Origin: Rhizodiscina lignyota
Lineage: Eukaryota
NCBI GenBank assembly: GCA_010015805.1
Contig: ML978126.1
Span: 992,001-1,056,000, forward strand
Direction: 5' to 3'
DNA length: 64,000 nucleotides
Both the position numbers and the translations under genes were made by a program. Numbering within the stretch: position 1 is the stretch's first letter; each line of letters begins with the position of its first letter. This document shows positions 11,254 through 22,449 of this stretch, one piece after another. The notes below the pieces were generated by a model that saw only the letters and a list, made by a program, of their open reading frames with translations, did no database searches and was not told the DNA's origin.

Positions 11254-12659
11254 TTACAACCGTGCCTTCACCATCCTGTCCTGCTCTTCAACAACCTCTC
11301 GGATCTCTTTTGTCGTTCCAATTCTCCAGCTCACGTCATTGCCCCAGTCGGCGTCACGCTTCTGAGTCTGTCTGAACTGCCGTCTCGGCCGAACTTGTCT
11401 TCCATCTCTCAAGAGCTTCAAAACCCACTCCCCGACGATTGGCATCATCTTGAACCCGTGCCCAGAGTCCCCAGATAGTACAATCAATGAACCCCCAGTA
11501 TCTGGTACAAAATCGACGCAATACTCAGAGTCGGATGTATCCGAGAACCAGCATAATCTCTGGTCGACAAATGGGCGATCCGCTAACTGTGGTAGTGTCT
11601 CTTTTAATAGTCTTCTCAACTTCTTTTCGTCAGACGCTGGTATATAATCCTTTGGTGCTCTTTGTGAGCCTGAAGGAGGCAATGAAAGCCCCGTGTTCGC
11701 ATCCGAGTTAATGTATCCTGCACCCAGCGGGCAGAGCTTGAGGAGTCGAGTTGCTGGATCCGGTTCGAAGAAGAACCCGAGATCTCGTACATTCAGTACA
11801 GGAATTCCGCGCAGGTAATCGCACTCGCGCTCGGTGAGTTGAACATGCGCTACAGACCAGCATTTGGCGATCACGAAGGAGCCCATCTCTGGGATAAGTG
11901 TTGCGGCATAGGCCCCCACACAAACAATCGTCCGTCGAGCCTGGTGGACCCGTCCGCTGGCCACTTGAAATCTGGTGCAACGCCGCTCAGAGGGATTGGA
12001 GGTGTTGTAGAGAAGCTTTACTGCCTTTCCTTCTTGGGCTCCCAGGATGAATTTAACGCCCCTGGAGACTAGATATCGGTGTAAATCTGCCATTGCGTTG
12101 GAGGAATGAGCGTAACCCGCAAGTCGATTCAGATAGCCTTTGAAGCCAGTCATCGGACCACTAAATTGCCAGTAGATTTTCTTAAAATCTTCAGACTTGT
12201 TTAGAGATGAGATTCCTGGTGCAAAGACGGGATGGTCTTTGATCGAAGAAAGCGCCGCTTCCAGGTGATCGACCGCCTTTGCCGGTGCTGCGCTCGATGT
12301 AGCGACGACATAGCCGACTTGATGGAAATTCCAACCCCAAAAGGGAGTTCTCCAGCGATTTATGGCTTCCTGAACTCAGTGTCAGTTGTCGTCTAATAAA
12401 CTGGTGTCGCCAACCCTTTGCCGTCTGGCGGATTGGACGGATCACTTACGAGAGCTAGCTCAGTGTAGAATTCATCCTCATATTCCGCTCGAACAATTTT
12501 ATTCAAGTCATAAGCTCCCGAGTATGGTGAAGGTACCTCCGATGCTTGGTCGAAAACTGTCACATTTGTGTATCCCGCGTCAATCAGATGAAGTGCAGTC
12601 GACAAACCCCAAGCGCCTGCTCCCAGTATAGCAACTACCTCTGTTTTATCTCCATCCAT
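11254..12659 (-). CDS. FAD-dependent oxidase of the sarcosine/L-pipecolate/fructosyl-amine oxidase family
   Basis: N-terminal VAILGAGAWGLSTALHL, SGAYDLNKIVR, LCWFSDT and LSGDSGHGFKMMP. One intron (~12449-12371); the spliced frame is open. Confidence 0.88.
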
Positions 12660-13155
12660 TTTGATTCGCTCGAGAACTCTATGAATTATGGGTCTGATAG
12701 AGGCCTTAGTGATTACGAATAGTTCCGTCCTAGAAAGTCATTACTATGCGAAGCTGGGGTTTATATGAACGCCTCAAATTAGATGCCTGAACCGACTGGC
12801 TAAGGCAGATAGGCAACTGACTGGCTCCTCTTCAAGATCCTGAGAGATATGCACGGGTTCTGTGCAGTCGCCATTGCGAAAGACCGTTTTGGCGCGGCTG
12901 GATACGGATCGGAAGGGCTTCCGACAGCACTTCCTTCACACTTGAGTTCACATATCCGGGAATCGGTAGACGGCCCCCTACCGTCGTTAGTCATGTAAAC
13001 TCACTCTAGCTATGTGAACAAGTCTTGATAAGCTGGATTGAGTTTTACGGAGAAGCACATCTATGTAGCTAAATGAGAACAATAGAGCATCTTGAACGCG
13101 AGCAAAGCATTGCATTTCTGCTTATACATACTAACTTCTCGCAACCTCTTGGCCG

Positions 13156-14369
13156 ATGGAACAGGCACCACTTGCTATAGCATCCGCAACGCCACGGACG
13201 GAAGTCGGTCGTAATCCTGCAATAGACACGCTGGCCGGTGCCGCTGGGGGAGTTGTTTCTGTTTTCCTGGGTGAGTGTGATAAGGCTTTAAAAAAGATAT
13301 TCTGACACGGCAAATTACAGGACAACCTTTCGGTGAGACATGGCGGTCTGCCAGCTGCGATGTGTTTAACGTCTAATTGATATAGATTTAATAAAAGTGC
13401 GACTTCAGACTCATAATTCCAGTAATGTATTTCGAGTAGTGTCAGATAATTTTAAGAATGAAGGAGCGTTGGCATTCTACAAAGTGAGCAATTCAACATA
13501 TCGCCATTTGGGAATCCAATTTCTGACCAAAACCGTAGGGGGCTTTGCTGCCATTCTTAGGATCAGGAGCCTCGGTAAGTCTGATGTTTCTTCACCAATT
13601 TCGGCGATGTGAGCTGCTCACGGTGCGATAGGTAAGCGTCCAGTTTTCCGTGTTCCACAGCATAAGGCACACTCTGGAAACTCTGAGAAGTCGACGTTTG
13701 GGTCCTGCTGGGTATCAGCTATCCCATCTAGAGCTGTATCTGGCTGGCGGCGCGGCTGGGGTTGTGAACAGCGTAATATCAGGCCCAGTAGAGCACATCA
13801 GGATCCGGCTTCAAATGCAGCCCAGCGGCACTGCTCGACTTTACTCTGGGCCGTGGGATTGTATCCGGAAAATAGTACGCGTGTCCGGCCCCCAGGGCCT
13901 ATTCCGGGGACAAAATATGTCTATTGTGCGCGAGTTTCAAGCATTTGGTTGCTACTTCGTGACATTTGAAGGCTGCCTCCGCATGATTACCGCTGCAAGA
14001 AAGCAGAGGCGAGAAGAGCTATCGACCTGGTTGGTCGCGTCTTGTGGTGCTCTTGCCGGCATAGCATTCTGGGTTGGATGCTATCCGCTGGATGTTGTCA
14101 AAACCAAGTTGCAGAGCGACGGATTCGGCCAACAGCAACGCTACAAGAATGCGTGGGCAGCGGCTGTGCAGACGTGGAAGAGTGGGAGAGTCAAAGCGTT
14201 CTGGAGGGGCCTCAGTCCTACTCTGCTGAGGACGATGTTGTCATCCGCGGGAACCTTTGCCATGTAAGTCCAACTTCTTGCGTAGTGTCGCTTGAGTGCT
14301 GATCAGGCGTTAAGGGTTGAAAACGTCAGGAGACTTCTGGCAGAGGACACCGCTAATAATACGGAGTAG
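13156..14369 (+). CDS. Mitochondrial carrier (SLC25; Ymc1/ornithine-carnitine carrier-like), multi-exon
   Basis: Three carrier signature repeats: QPFDLIKVRLQ (spliced), GPVEHIRIRLQ and YPLDVVKTKLQ. Confidence 0.9.
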
Positions 14370-15041
14370 CGCTGAGGGGTATGGTATGGTTGGATTCTGT
14401 AGGAAGTGTCAGGAGGTGATCAGTGCGCCTTAGCGCTCTCCTGTTAGTCGTACCTGTAATTGTATATAACCTAGCACTTCTCCTGGAGAGCTTCTTTCCT
14501 CAATCAACTGCGCTTCAACGTTCGTGCTCCGACGGGAAGATTCTTGAATCACTACCACTGCCCAATTCTTCCTGGGTCTGGCGGGGAAGTTGGTTGGATC
14601 ATGGAAGGACAGGGTGTTCAATGGCCAGGTAGCCCGACCAGAGCACAATGTCGGGCTGTTCCGGTCAGGGGTCTACATTTTCTCGCCACTGACATTCTAT
14701 AAACGCTGAGATAGGTGAGATAGTTCCAGAATAGAGCTTCCAGGCCCATAAAGCGGATGGACAGTAGTTAGTTAATCAGGGCTAGCCTTGTTTCGATTAG
14801 CGTGGTAATCTCGGATCCTTACCCGTGGCTTGCGGAGTATAACGACACTACCAACTATGATAACCGTAAACGAGGAGAAATCCCGGGCTTCTCAGCAAAT
14901 CAACAGAGGAGCACGGTGGTCATATTTACTCCAGGTCCAGACACGTTAAGAATTATTGAAAAGCTGTGTTTGGGCGCTCTTCTCCGTTGTCTCAGGTCCT
15001 GTCTCCAACTGCAAGATATCCTTTTCCTCAACAGTGTCAAA

Positions 15042-15973
15042 ATGACTCACTCCCCAGGCTCCAAAAATTTCCGCCTCGCAATCCTCGGCTGCGGTGCGTT
15101 CCTTAACCGCACGACTCGGAGGGCAGAGTGCTGACACGAATGCTAGGATTCATGGGAACAGCACTGCTCTCCGGCATTATCAAAGCCCTTGGTGACTCCC
15201 CCCGTGAGCAGATCAAATTTTCAGTCAGCGCTCCCTCGCAGACCTCGATCCAACGACTACAGCAAGCGTTTAGTTCGCACAGAGACCAAGTAGACTCCAT
15301 CACGACAGATAATGTTGATGCTGCTAGCGGTTCCGACATTATCATCCTTGCCTTCCAGCCACAGCAACTCACTGGAGTCTTGAGTGACTCTGCTTTGTTG
15401 CAGGCTCTTCAAGACAAATTAATTATCTCTGTCTTGGCTGGGGTCTCCTCTCGACAAATCATCGAGGCAGTCTACACCAGCTCTGAGTTGACTCGACAAA
15501 GCCGTGTATCTCGCGTTATTCCAAGCATTGGTGCGCAGATCAACGAGTCTGCATCACTGATTGCCGAGACTTCTCTCTCCCAGTCCGACCGAGACTTGGT
15601 TGCGTGGCTGTTTCAATTGGTCGGCCGAACAGTGGTCGTTCCAGAGGAACTCATCGATACCGCTACTGCAGTTAGTGCTGCATGTCATGCTTTGACAATC
15701 GTCGCAGCCGATGCCATTGTCGATGGGAGTGTTGCAGAAGGCATCCCGCGGCCGATAGCGCTGGATATTGCAAGTCAGTCTCTGCGTAGCTCTGCTTCGA
15801 TGTTACAAGGGCATGCGACGATTGAATCGTTAAAGGACTCATTGTCCATTGCTAAGGGTATCACAGTAAATGCTCTTTTACAGCTAGAGCGGGGCAATAT
15901 GAGATCCGGAATCTCTGATGCTGTGAGACACGCAGCGCAATACGCACAAGCGATGTCCAGTGGTAATGAATGA
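15042..15973 (+). CDS. proC: Pyrroline-5-carboxylate reductase-like protein (divergent)
   Basis: LAILGCG/FMGTALL dinucleotide-binding start (one intron ~15094-15147), DIIILAFQP, LIISVLAGVS, SRVIPSIGAQINES and a dimerisation-domain-like C-terminus. Confidence 0.85.
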
Positions 15974-16084
15974 TATTCTAATTTCAAAGTATGCGTATAT
16001 CTATTTTGGCAAAACGATTCAACTTTTAGATTCTACGAAGTTGAAGAGTCTTTCAGATACCAAACACTGAACAAGCTTCTCCGT

Positions 16085-17062
16085 TCATAAACGGCCCCGA
16101 GTTGACGCTAACAGCCGCTTCTCCTCCTGATCCACTGTCTCCATTACACTGCGAATTGATTGCTTCGCAGTGTCTGATGGCTCTTGGTAAGGTCTTCGTG
16201 GCTTAAGCAAGCGCACAGCATCAGAAATGCCTGCTTTTGGAGCAGTGAAAATCGCAGCAGCGTATTTCGTGTTGGCAATACCCGCCTTGGTGGGTGACTC
16301 GGCCAACGCCACTTGCTGCTGAAATGCGAGAGCTTCCTCATATTTCCCACTCTTCCACAATTGGTATATCTTGACGATGGCCCTAGGGAAGACGTTTCCG
16401 AATGCTGCTATACACCCCGAGCTTCCAGCAGCAAGCCCTCCAACTAGAAAATCGGACTGACCTCCGAAGACCGCGAAGCGGGAGGCGGGAAATGTGGCCG
16501 CAAGGCGTGTGATCTTCGCAACCGAGCCACACGTCAACTTCACGCCCACCACATTTTGATTCTCTTGGACTATCTCCGTGATGATTTCGGAGTCGAGATC
16601 CAGACTGTTGCACACGGCCGGAAAGTTGTAGATGACGATTGGAAGAGGAGACTTCGAGGCAACCTGTTTGTAAAACTCTCGAACGACGGCCGACGTGGTC
16701 TGTTTGCCGAAGTATGCGCAGGGAAGAACAAGTGCGTAGTTGGCCCCGGCATTGTGCGCGTCTGTGATGAATTCGAGCACCTGTGCCGTGAAATGACCGC
16801 TCACTCCTGCAATAACGGGATATCTCTCCGGCACGGATCTTCGTGCCAGCTGGAGCAAGACCTTCCGCTCCTCGCGGGTCAACAAGAATGTCTCTGCATT
16901 GGTGCCTAGGATGACAAGCCCTGTGAGACCCGTGCCTGCTAGATAAGAGTAATATCTGGCTTGTTCGTCGAGACGGAGTCGGTCTGTGTCAGGATCGAAG
17001 AAAGTTACTGCAGGAACGTAGCAGCCAGGGCTGGGAGGTTTAGCAGCCGCTCGTGAAACCAT
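16085..17062 (-). CDS. DapA/DHDPS-family class I aldolase (HOGA1 / 2-keto-3-deoxy acid aldolase-like)
   Basis: PGCYVPAVTFF, LGTNAE, IVIYNFP (catalytic Tyr) and VGVKLT (Schiff-base Lys). No introns. Confidence 0.9.
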   Translation of the reverse strand: MVSRAAAKPPSPGCYVPAVTFFDPDTDRLRLDEQARYYSYLAGTGLTGLVILGTNAETFLLTREERKVLLQLARRSVPERYPVIAGVSGHFTAQVLEFITDAHNAGANYALVLPCAYFGKQTTSAVVREFYKQVASKSPLPIVIYNFPAVCNSLDLDSEIITEIVQENQNVVGVKLTCGSVAKITRLAATFPASRFAVFGGQSDFLVGGLAAGSSGCIAAFGNVFPRAIVKIYQLWKSGKYEEALAFQQQVALAESPTKAGIANTKYAAAIFTAPKAGISDAVRLLKPRRPYQEPSDTAKQSIRSVMETVDQEEKRLLASTRGRL

Positions 17063-17495
17063 GATTGTTGAGATTATGGACTTGTGCTGGACTCTGGTCA
17101 GCTCAAAGTCTTTTATTAGTCGTTTACTTGAACGACACAGGCCCTTATGACGATACAAGTATCTGCACCTACGTCCCAGAAGAGGATCTCGGGCACGCTC
17201 CCGATGCCTATGAATAGCCGGATACTGGACTAGCAAGGGAGTTCTCGGAAGCATCTACTTCGGCACCACAATCACTGGTAATTATCGCATCTGCACTCGG
17301 CTCCGCCATGCAGAGTGCTTGGCTTTGGCACGGATATTGGCAAGGCACTAGTCAGTAGAGCAAAAAAGGCTGTACTAGTGTATACAGCATTTAGGTGATT
17401 TTAGCCTTACAGGTCACTATCGTTCACCCTTACTGTTTTGCAGCGTAGCAACTGATCTATTTTCACAGGCGCTTTGATTAGCTAAAATTATTGAC

Positions 17496-18050
17496 CTATT
17501 CTGCAGCAATCCAATTTAGAGCATCGAGATCTATTGATTCCGCGAAATTCATTAGCTGCTCCGCAGTAAGCCCATCTTGCCAGTGGAACTCCTCGACGGG
17601 AAAGTCCACGCCCATTGTTTGGGATGACGATGTGTAGGGAGTTGGAGGAGCAAGTGCAGCAGGACCTGGAGGGGGTGCTGGGGAGGGTCGCCGCTCACGC
17701 GCAGCAGAGCGACGCAGGCTCGACGGACGAGTGTTTGTGACTGTTTCAGCCCTTCTATTAGGGGGCAGGCGGCTTAAGCATATTAAGTAGATTCTACGAT
17801 CAATAGAATAAAAGCTTAAAAGACAAAGCACTTTACGACAAATAAAGTAAAGATATTAGAGGGTATATAGGAATATACAAGCTTCGCCGAGTTGGCACGA
17901 ATATATTAAGTAAATAATAGAGTACAATCGAAGAGAAGTTTAATCTACAAGGTACTTTATAGAGTGTACGACTTATGAATACAAAATCTTAAGACATAGT
18001 AGATTTGACGATACGTACAGTAGAAGGTATAAATACGTAAAATTTCGAGG
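17496..18050 (-). pseudogene. Gene relic with acidic/aromatic C-terminus resembling a Zn2Cys6 activation tail; 5' part TpA-rich and degraded
   Basis: Pro-rich linker then EEFHWQDGLTAEQLMNFAESIDLDALNWIAAE*. Upstream 17780-18050 is AT/TpA-rich with no recoverable start. Confidence 0.4.
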
Positions 18051-18251
18051 CGTCCGCCATCGACAAAGTGAGACCGTGAGACAAAATGTACCAACGGCGG
18101 GAACTAGGTAACGACTGGTCTAGCGCTAGGTATTCAATGCTCGATAGTCTAGTTAAGTAAGTCAATTGCTCTTTCTTTTCTCTCCCTTCTCAGATCTCAG
18201 GTTGTTCCGCACGCTAGAGCTTGCTGGCTGCTCCAGGACCCATTCACTTTA

Positions 18252-19856
18252 TTATTCCGAATTCAGCTTCTTGTAGATGAGTCTACGAGCCAACCAGCAG
18301 CCAATCGTTAGGCCCACGACGTGACTATTATCATCTATTTGAGAAACAACAGTCCAATCTCCTGGTGCCGGAGCGTCCACCCCTCGTGCACACGCAACAG
18401 TCCACACCTTCTCGCCCAAGCGTTTCATCAGGTTTGCTGGCCCGCGGCCAAACATTCCATCAAACGCACCATACAATGTGATGCCGGTGCCCTCACATCG
18501 AAAGGTCGAATCTATTTCCTCGCAATAATAAACGCCTTGCAAGGAATGGGTGGGCTGCATTTGGCCGTCAAGAATTCGGTTTGCATCGAGTACTCGGTTG
18601 TCTTTGAGACGTTGTACAGTGAGCGTATTGTTTTGGAGCGTGACGACCATATCTTGCGACTCTGCACGAGAGGCTGTAACAAGATTTACGTTCTCGGGGT
18701 GATGACCAGCGTAAGTGATGAGGAGCCTTCCGCTCTCTGTCGGGTCGAGGGCGATCGTAACTGCCAATTGGGTATCCGAATCGAGAAAACTTCCCATCCA
18801 CTCTTTACTCGCTTCTAAATTGAGGCTGGGGGTTTTGGGTATATTCAAAACCTTGCGCAGAATGAACTCAGCAGCACCTGCTGCATTGGCTTCATGATTG
18901 AACAGGACAATGACAGAGATGCGCTCTGCTTTAGCGTACAAGCGATAAGATCTAAAGCCTCGGAGTGCACCACCATGCCCGACGGTGGAAACATTCCCAA
19001 CATCGCCGTGGACCAGACCATAACGGTATCGCGCAGGCGTTCCATCAGTGAAAGTTCGTGGTTCGACGATGGATCGGTATGGCCCATCTGACTTGGACCA
19101 AGACAAATCGAAGAGGCGCTCATAAGCAATCATGTCGTCTAGAGATGCTACAATACCAGCATCGCCCGCCCATTCAATGAAGTTTTGCGCTCGCACAAAG
19201 CCATGCTGCTCATCTCCCTCGTACCCAACACATGGGGAAGGAAGTTTGGAAGTGTCTGGGCAGAGGAGTGCTGTAGTCATACCGGCTGGCTTAAAGACTC
19301 GCTGAGTTAGCAGGTCTCCGAGAGGTTCGTTGCAGACGCTCTCGATCAAATGTCCGAGCAAGTAGAAATTGGTATTCGAGTAGGAGAATTCCGAACCGGG
19401 TCGGAAATGGAATGTTTTATGCCAATGGATCATTTGTCTGGCGTCATTCGAAAGCGAAAATCGACTCTCCGGGAGGGCGCCACAGGCCATACACAGTGCC
19501 CAATAGTCTCGCAACCCAGACTGCATGTCGCATAAGCGGTCGATTGTTAATTCATTATCGTGCAACAGCTTTTCGGGGAGTAGATCTTGGAGCTTTTCAA
19601 ATAAACGCTCTTTGAATCCTCCGGATCCTGCCATTGCTGGGGGTGGGGAGTGCTCCAGATCGATAAGAAGTCGGCATATCATCTGTTTCGTAATCGAGCA
19701 TATGGGCATCTGGGTCTGAGATGACATGGGAATTCTTTGTTCGAAATCAGCATAGCCCCACACATGTCGAGCAACTACTTCGCCGTCCTTCAAGACGGCT
19801 GCCGCACCACCCGGTCCTCGAAAGGCATCAGGCACCAGTTGGATAATCTCCTCCAT
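18252..19856 (-). CDS. dap: D-aminopeptidase (serine beta-lactamase fold plus DAP B/C domains), intronless
   Basis: RGPGGAAAVLKDGEVV, MPICSITKQ (SxxK), YSNTNF (YxN), HGGALRG and C-terminal DAPAPGDWT...GCWLAR, all resembling Ochrobactrum DAP. Confidence 0.88.
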   Translation of the reverse strand: MEEIIQLVPDAFRGPGGAAAVLKDGEVVARHVWGYADFEQRIPMSSQTQMPICSITKQMICRLLIDLEHSPPPAMAGSGGFKERLFEKLQDLLPEKLLHDNELTIDRLCDMQSGLRDYWALCMACGALPESRFSLSNDARQMIHWHKTFHFRPGSEFSYSNTNFYLLGHLIESVCNEPLGDLLTQRVFKPAGMTTALLCPDTSKLPSPCVGYEGDEQHGFVRAQNFIEWAGDAGIVASLDDMIAYERLFDLSWSKSDGPYRSIVEPRTFTDGTPARYRYGLVHGDVGNVSTVGHGGALRGFRSYRLYAKAERISVIVLFNHEANAAGAAEFILRKVLNIPKTPSLNLEASKEWMGSFLDSDTQLAVTIALDPTESGRLLITYAGHHPENVNLVTASRAESQDMVVTLQNNTLTVQRLKDNRVLDANRILDGQMQPTHSLQGVYYCEEIDSTFRCEGTGITLYGAFDGMFGRGPANLMKRLGEKVWTVACARGVDAPAPGDWTVVSQIDDNSHVVGLTIGCWLARRLIYKKLNSE

Positions 19857-20490
19857 GCTAGGCACGCAATTATGACAGAAGTACCAAGGGAAAGGAAACG
19901 AGTTTGTGATAGAAAAGGGATCCACATCAGCTGGTGTTATCAGTTGCTGTTGGCGCCGAGCCGAGGCTGAACCGAAGCCATATCGTTTGACGCTAACTGA
20001 AGAGAGCAATGGAAATAGTTGAGTTGAACTCGACCATAAGTGTGGATACGAAACTTATTAAGGCACCGCAAGGCCATTAAACAGATTCCGGTTATAATTA
20101 AAGAAAAGCTTGATAGGTAAGAAGCTTTACGCAAACTATGCCCAAACAAACGACGATCTTCATAAGCGAGCTGTGAACCACGTGAGTGTATTTAATTCTA
20201 GTGTTGTGAGCTAGACATGGACAAACCGTAAGTTGAGCTCCTATATATAATCAAATCGAAACTCAAAAGCCCAGCACGAGGCAGGAGTTCCTAGTCCGCG
20301 ACCCCGGAAAGTAAGCCTTTGCATGCTTACACAGAAATTGCTTCATTAAGTCTACATTGTACAGCATATACAACCTGGCAAATCACGCAGACCCCACTCC
20401 TGCTTTTTAAAAGGTAAAAAGCCAGAGGATAAATAGCTAATTCGCTCTGTGACATAGTGAAGAAGCCTCAACGCACAAGACTCTCTCTCT

Positions 20491-21596
20491 CTACAGCTCA
20501 ATCACAACCTTTCCAACATGTTTTCCCGACCAGAGATATTCAAACGCGTCAGATGCTCGGTCGAAGCTGTACTTTTGGTCTATCACCTCTTCAAACGAGA
20601 TGCCATTCGCGCTAATGAGCTTATTCATCTGCTCGAAATCAAGGCGCGAGCCGACGTTGATTCCTTTCAAAAAAATTGTTCGATCGATGACGAGCGGCAA
20701 GAGGCCATCCAAGTCAGCAGCATCTTGTTTACCAAGATACCCAATTTGACTGACAGTCCCGCGCTTGGCCGTTGCCCGGATCGATCGCATGACGCTTGCT
20801 GTGCCGCCGGTCTCTAGCACGATGTCCGCGCCGACACCACCGTTCAGGCGCAGAACTTCTTCGTCCCAGTTCGGGGTCGTGCGATAGTTGATCGTGGAGA
20901 TTTGGCCAATACCAGCAAACTTCTGAACCCGCTGTAATTTCTCGTCTGAGGAAGAGGTGAGAATGACTTTGCATCCCGCGGCGCGGGCGAGTTTGAGTGC
21001 CATTATGCTCACGCCGCCAGTCCCTGTATCAGGCTCGTGAGCATGCAATACGACATGAATCGGAAACTAATGGTACCTTGCATCACGACAGTTGTGCCAG
21101 AAGGCAAACTCGAGCCGCTCGCCAGCGCGCTCCAAGCTGTTACTCCTGCATTCGGAAGACACGCGGCCTCTGCCCAACTCAAATGATCAGGTACCTTAAC
21201 CACCGTCTCTTGCTCGAAGATCAAATGTGTAGCTAGTACACCATCGACCTCTCCGCCCAGCCACTCTCGCTCCTGTTCCTGGCCTGTGATGCTCTTCTGG
21301 TCGAGAAGTGGTGTCACGCGATCGCCAATTTTGAAACGTGTGACATGAGAGCCGATTGATATTACTTCCCCAGCGGCATCGGAGCACGGGATGCCGTCTG
21401 CTTTGGTAGCCCAGGGGTTGGTGCCATTGAGTATGTTGGCGTCGCGGTAGTTTAAGGAGATGGCGTGGACTTTGATGAGAATTGAAGTATTTGTAGGTAG
21501 TGTCTCTGGTATATGCTCCTCATGAAGGGCCAAGCGTTGGGAAAAGGAAGAGCCAGCTATATTCCGGCGGTAGAGCTTGCGAGTTAGAGATGCCAT
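20491..21596 (-). CDS. Zn-type alcohol dehydrogenase-like / NADPH quinone oxidoreductase (MDR family)
   Basis: VHAISLNYRD, IPCSDAAGEV, AACLPNAGVTAW, QGTGGVS (spliced) and SGKHVGKVVI; one intron ~21076-21026. Confidence 0.9.
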
Positions 21597-22162
21597 TGTG
21601 AAATAAAAAGTTCTCTGAACTGATTTCTGGCATTGTAGCACGCGACTAGTGCGAATATGACGATGAATATAAATAATATAGATCTATCGGGAATGGAAGG
21701 CCATAAATGGATATGGATTGAGTAAATGCTCTCATTGGTCAAAGGCACGCCCTTTTGTTCGGCCATGTATGGTGTGATGATATTCTGAAGATCTGTTGCG
21801 TTGATTACTTGATTACCAATAACGGAACGCCGTGGCGTGGCGCGCTAAAGGAGTTTGTCCTTCCATATCCGCTTACTGCCAGCCATCTAAATGCCTGCGG
21901 GATGCTCTCAAATTGGCCAAAGAAATGCCGGGAATACTGGAAGTAATACGGTGATGGTAGAGAAGGGAACGATGGAGGTCTTGATAAGAGTCTACCTATA
22001 ATATAGAGGACCGTGCATACATGAATCGTATTAGACAAGGGTTGAAGCGCCACATTTTACGCCAAGCCAGCGACTTCATCCTCTCGGACGTGAATCAGAC
22101 TTCTCTCGTACGAGTGCCCATTTAACAACCTCCCTACGCCCCAGTATGAACTAGGCTGTCCA

Positions 22163-22449
22163 CTATTGCTTTCTGTGTGCGCCTCCAGTATCGCCCGTAT
22201 CATGAATGGCGTTCGGGACAGCTCGCTCAACGCTCTCTGGCAGCTTCTCTTGCAGTTTCTGCGGAACGACGGACGCGTCGCCTTCGCCCTTCGCATGCGA
22301 CCTTTCTGTCGATTGGCCAGGCTGCGTGCTGTCCGAGCTATGTGATTGTCAGAACTTCGACTTGGTCCGTCGAGCTACAAGTTAAGAGGTGCGTACTCTT
22401 TCAGGACGTCGCTAGTGCGATTTTTGATATTGTCGGAGTTGGCAGTCAT
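22163..22449 (-). CDS. Small hydrophilic fungal protein (75 aa), two exons; absent from the ORF track
   Basis: Exon 22449-22397, intron GTACGC..CTGAC..TAG 22396-22338, exon 22337-22163. Product: MTANSDNIKNRTSDVLKDSDSTQPGQSTERSHAKGEGDASVVPQKLQEKLPESVERAVPNAIHDTGDTGGAHRKQ. Confidence 0.8.

Noticed and set aside
19940..20250. AT-rich stretch with a short ORF upstream of the D-aminopeptidase
   Set aside because: Might be a relic, but I could not match it to any family or repeat.
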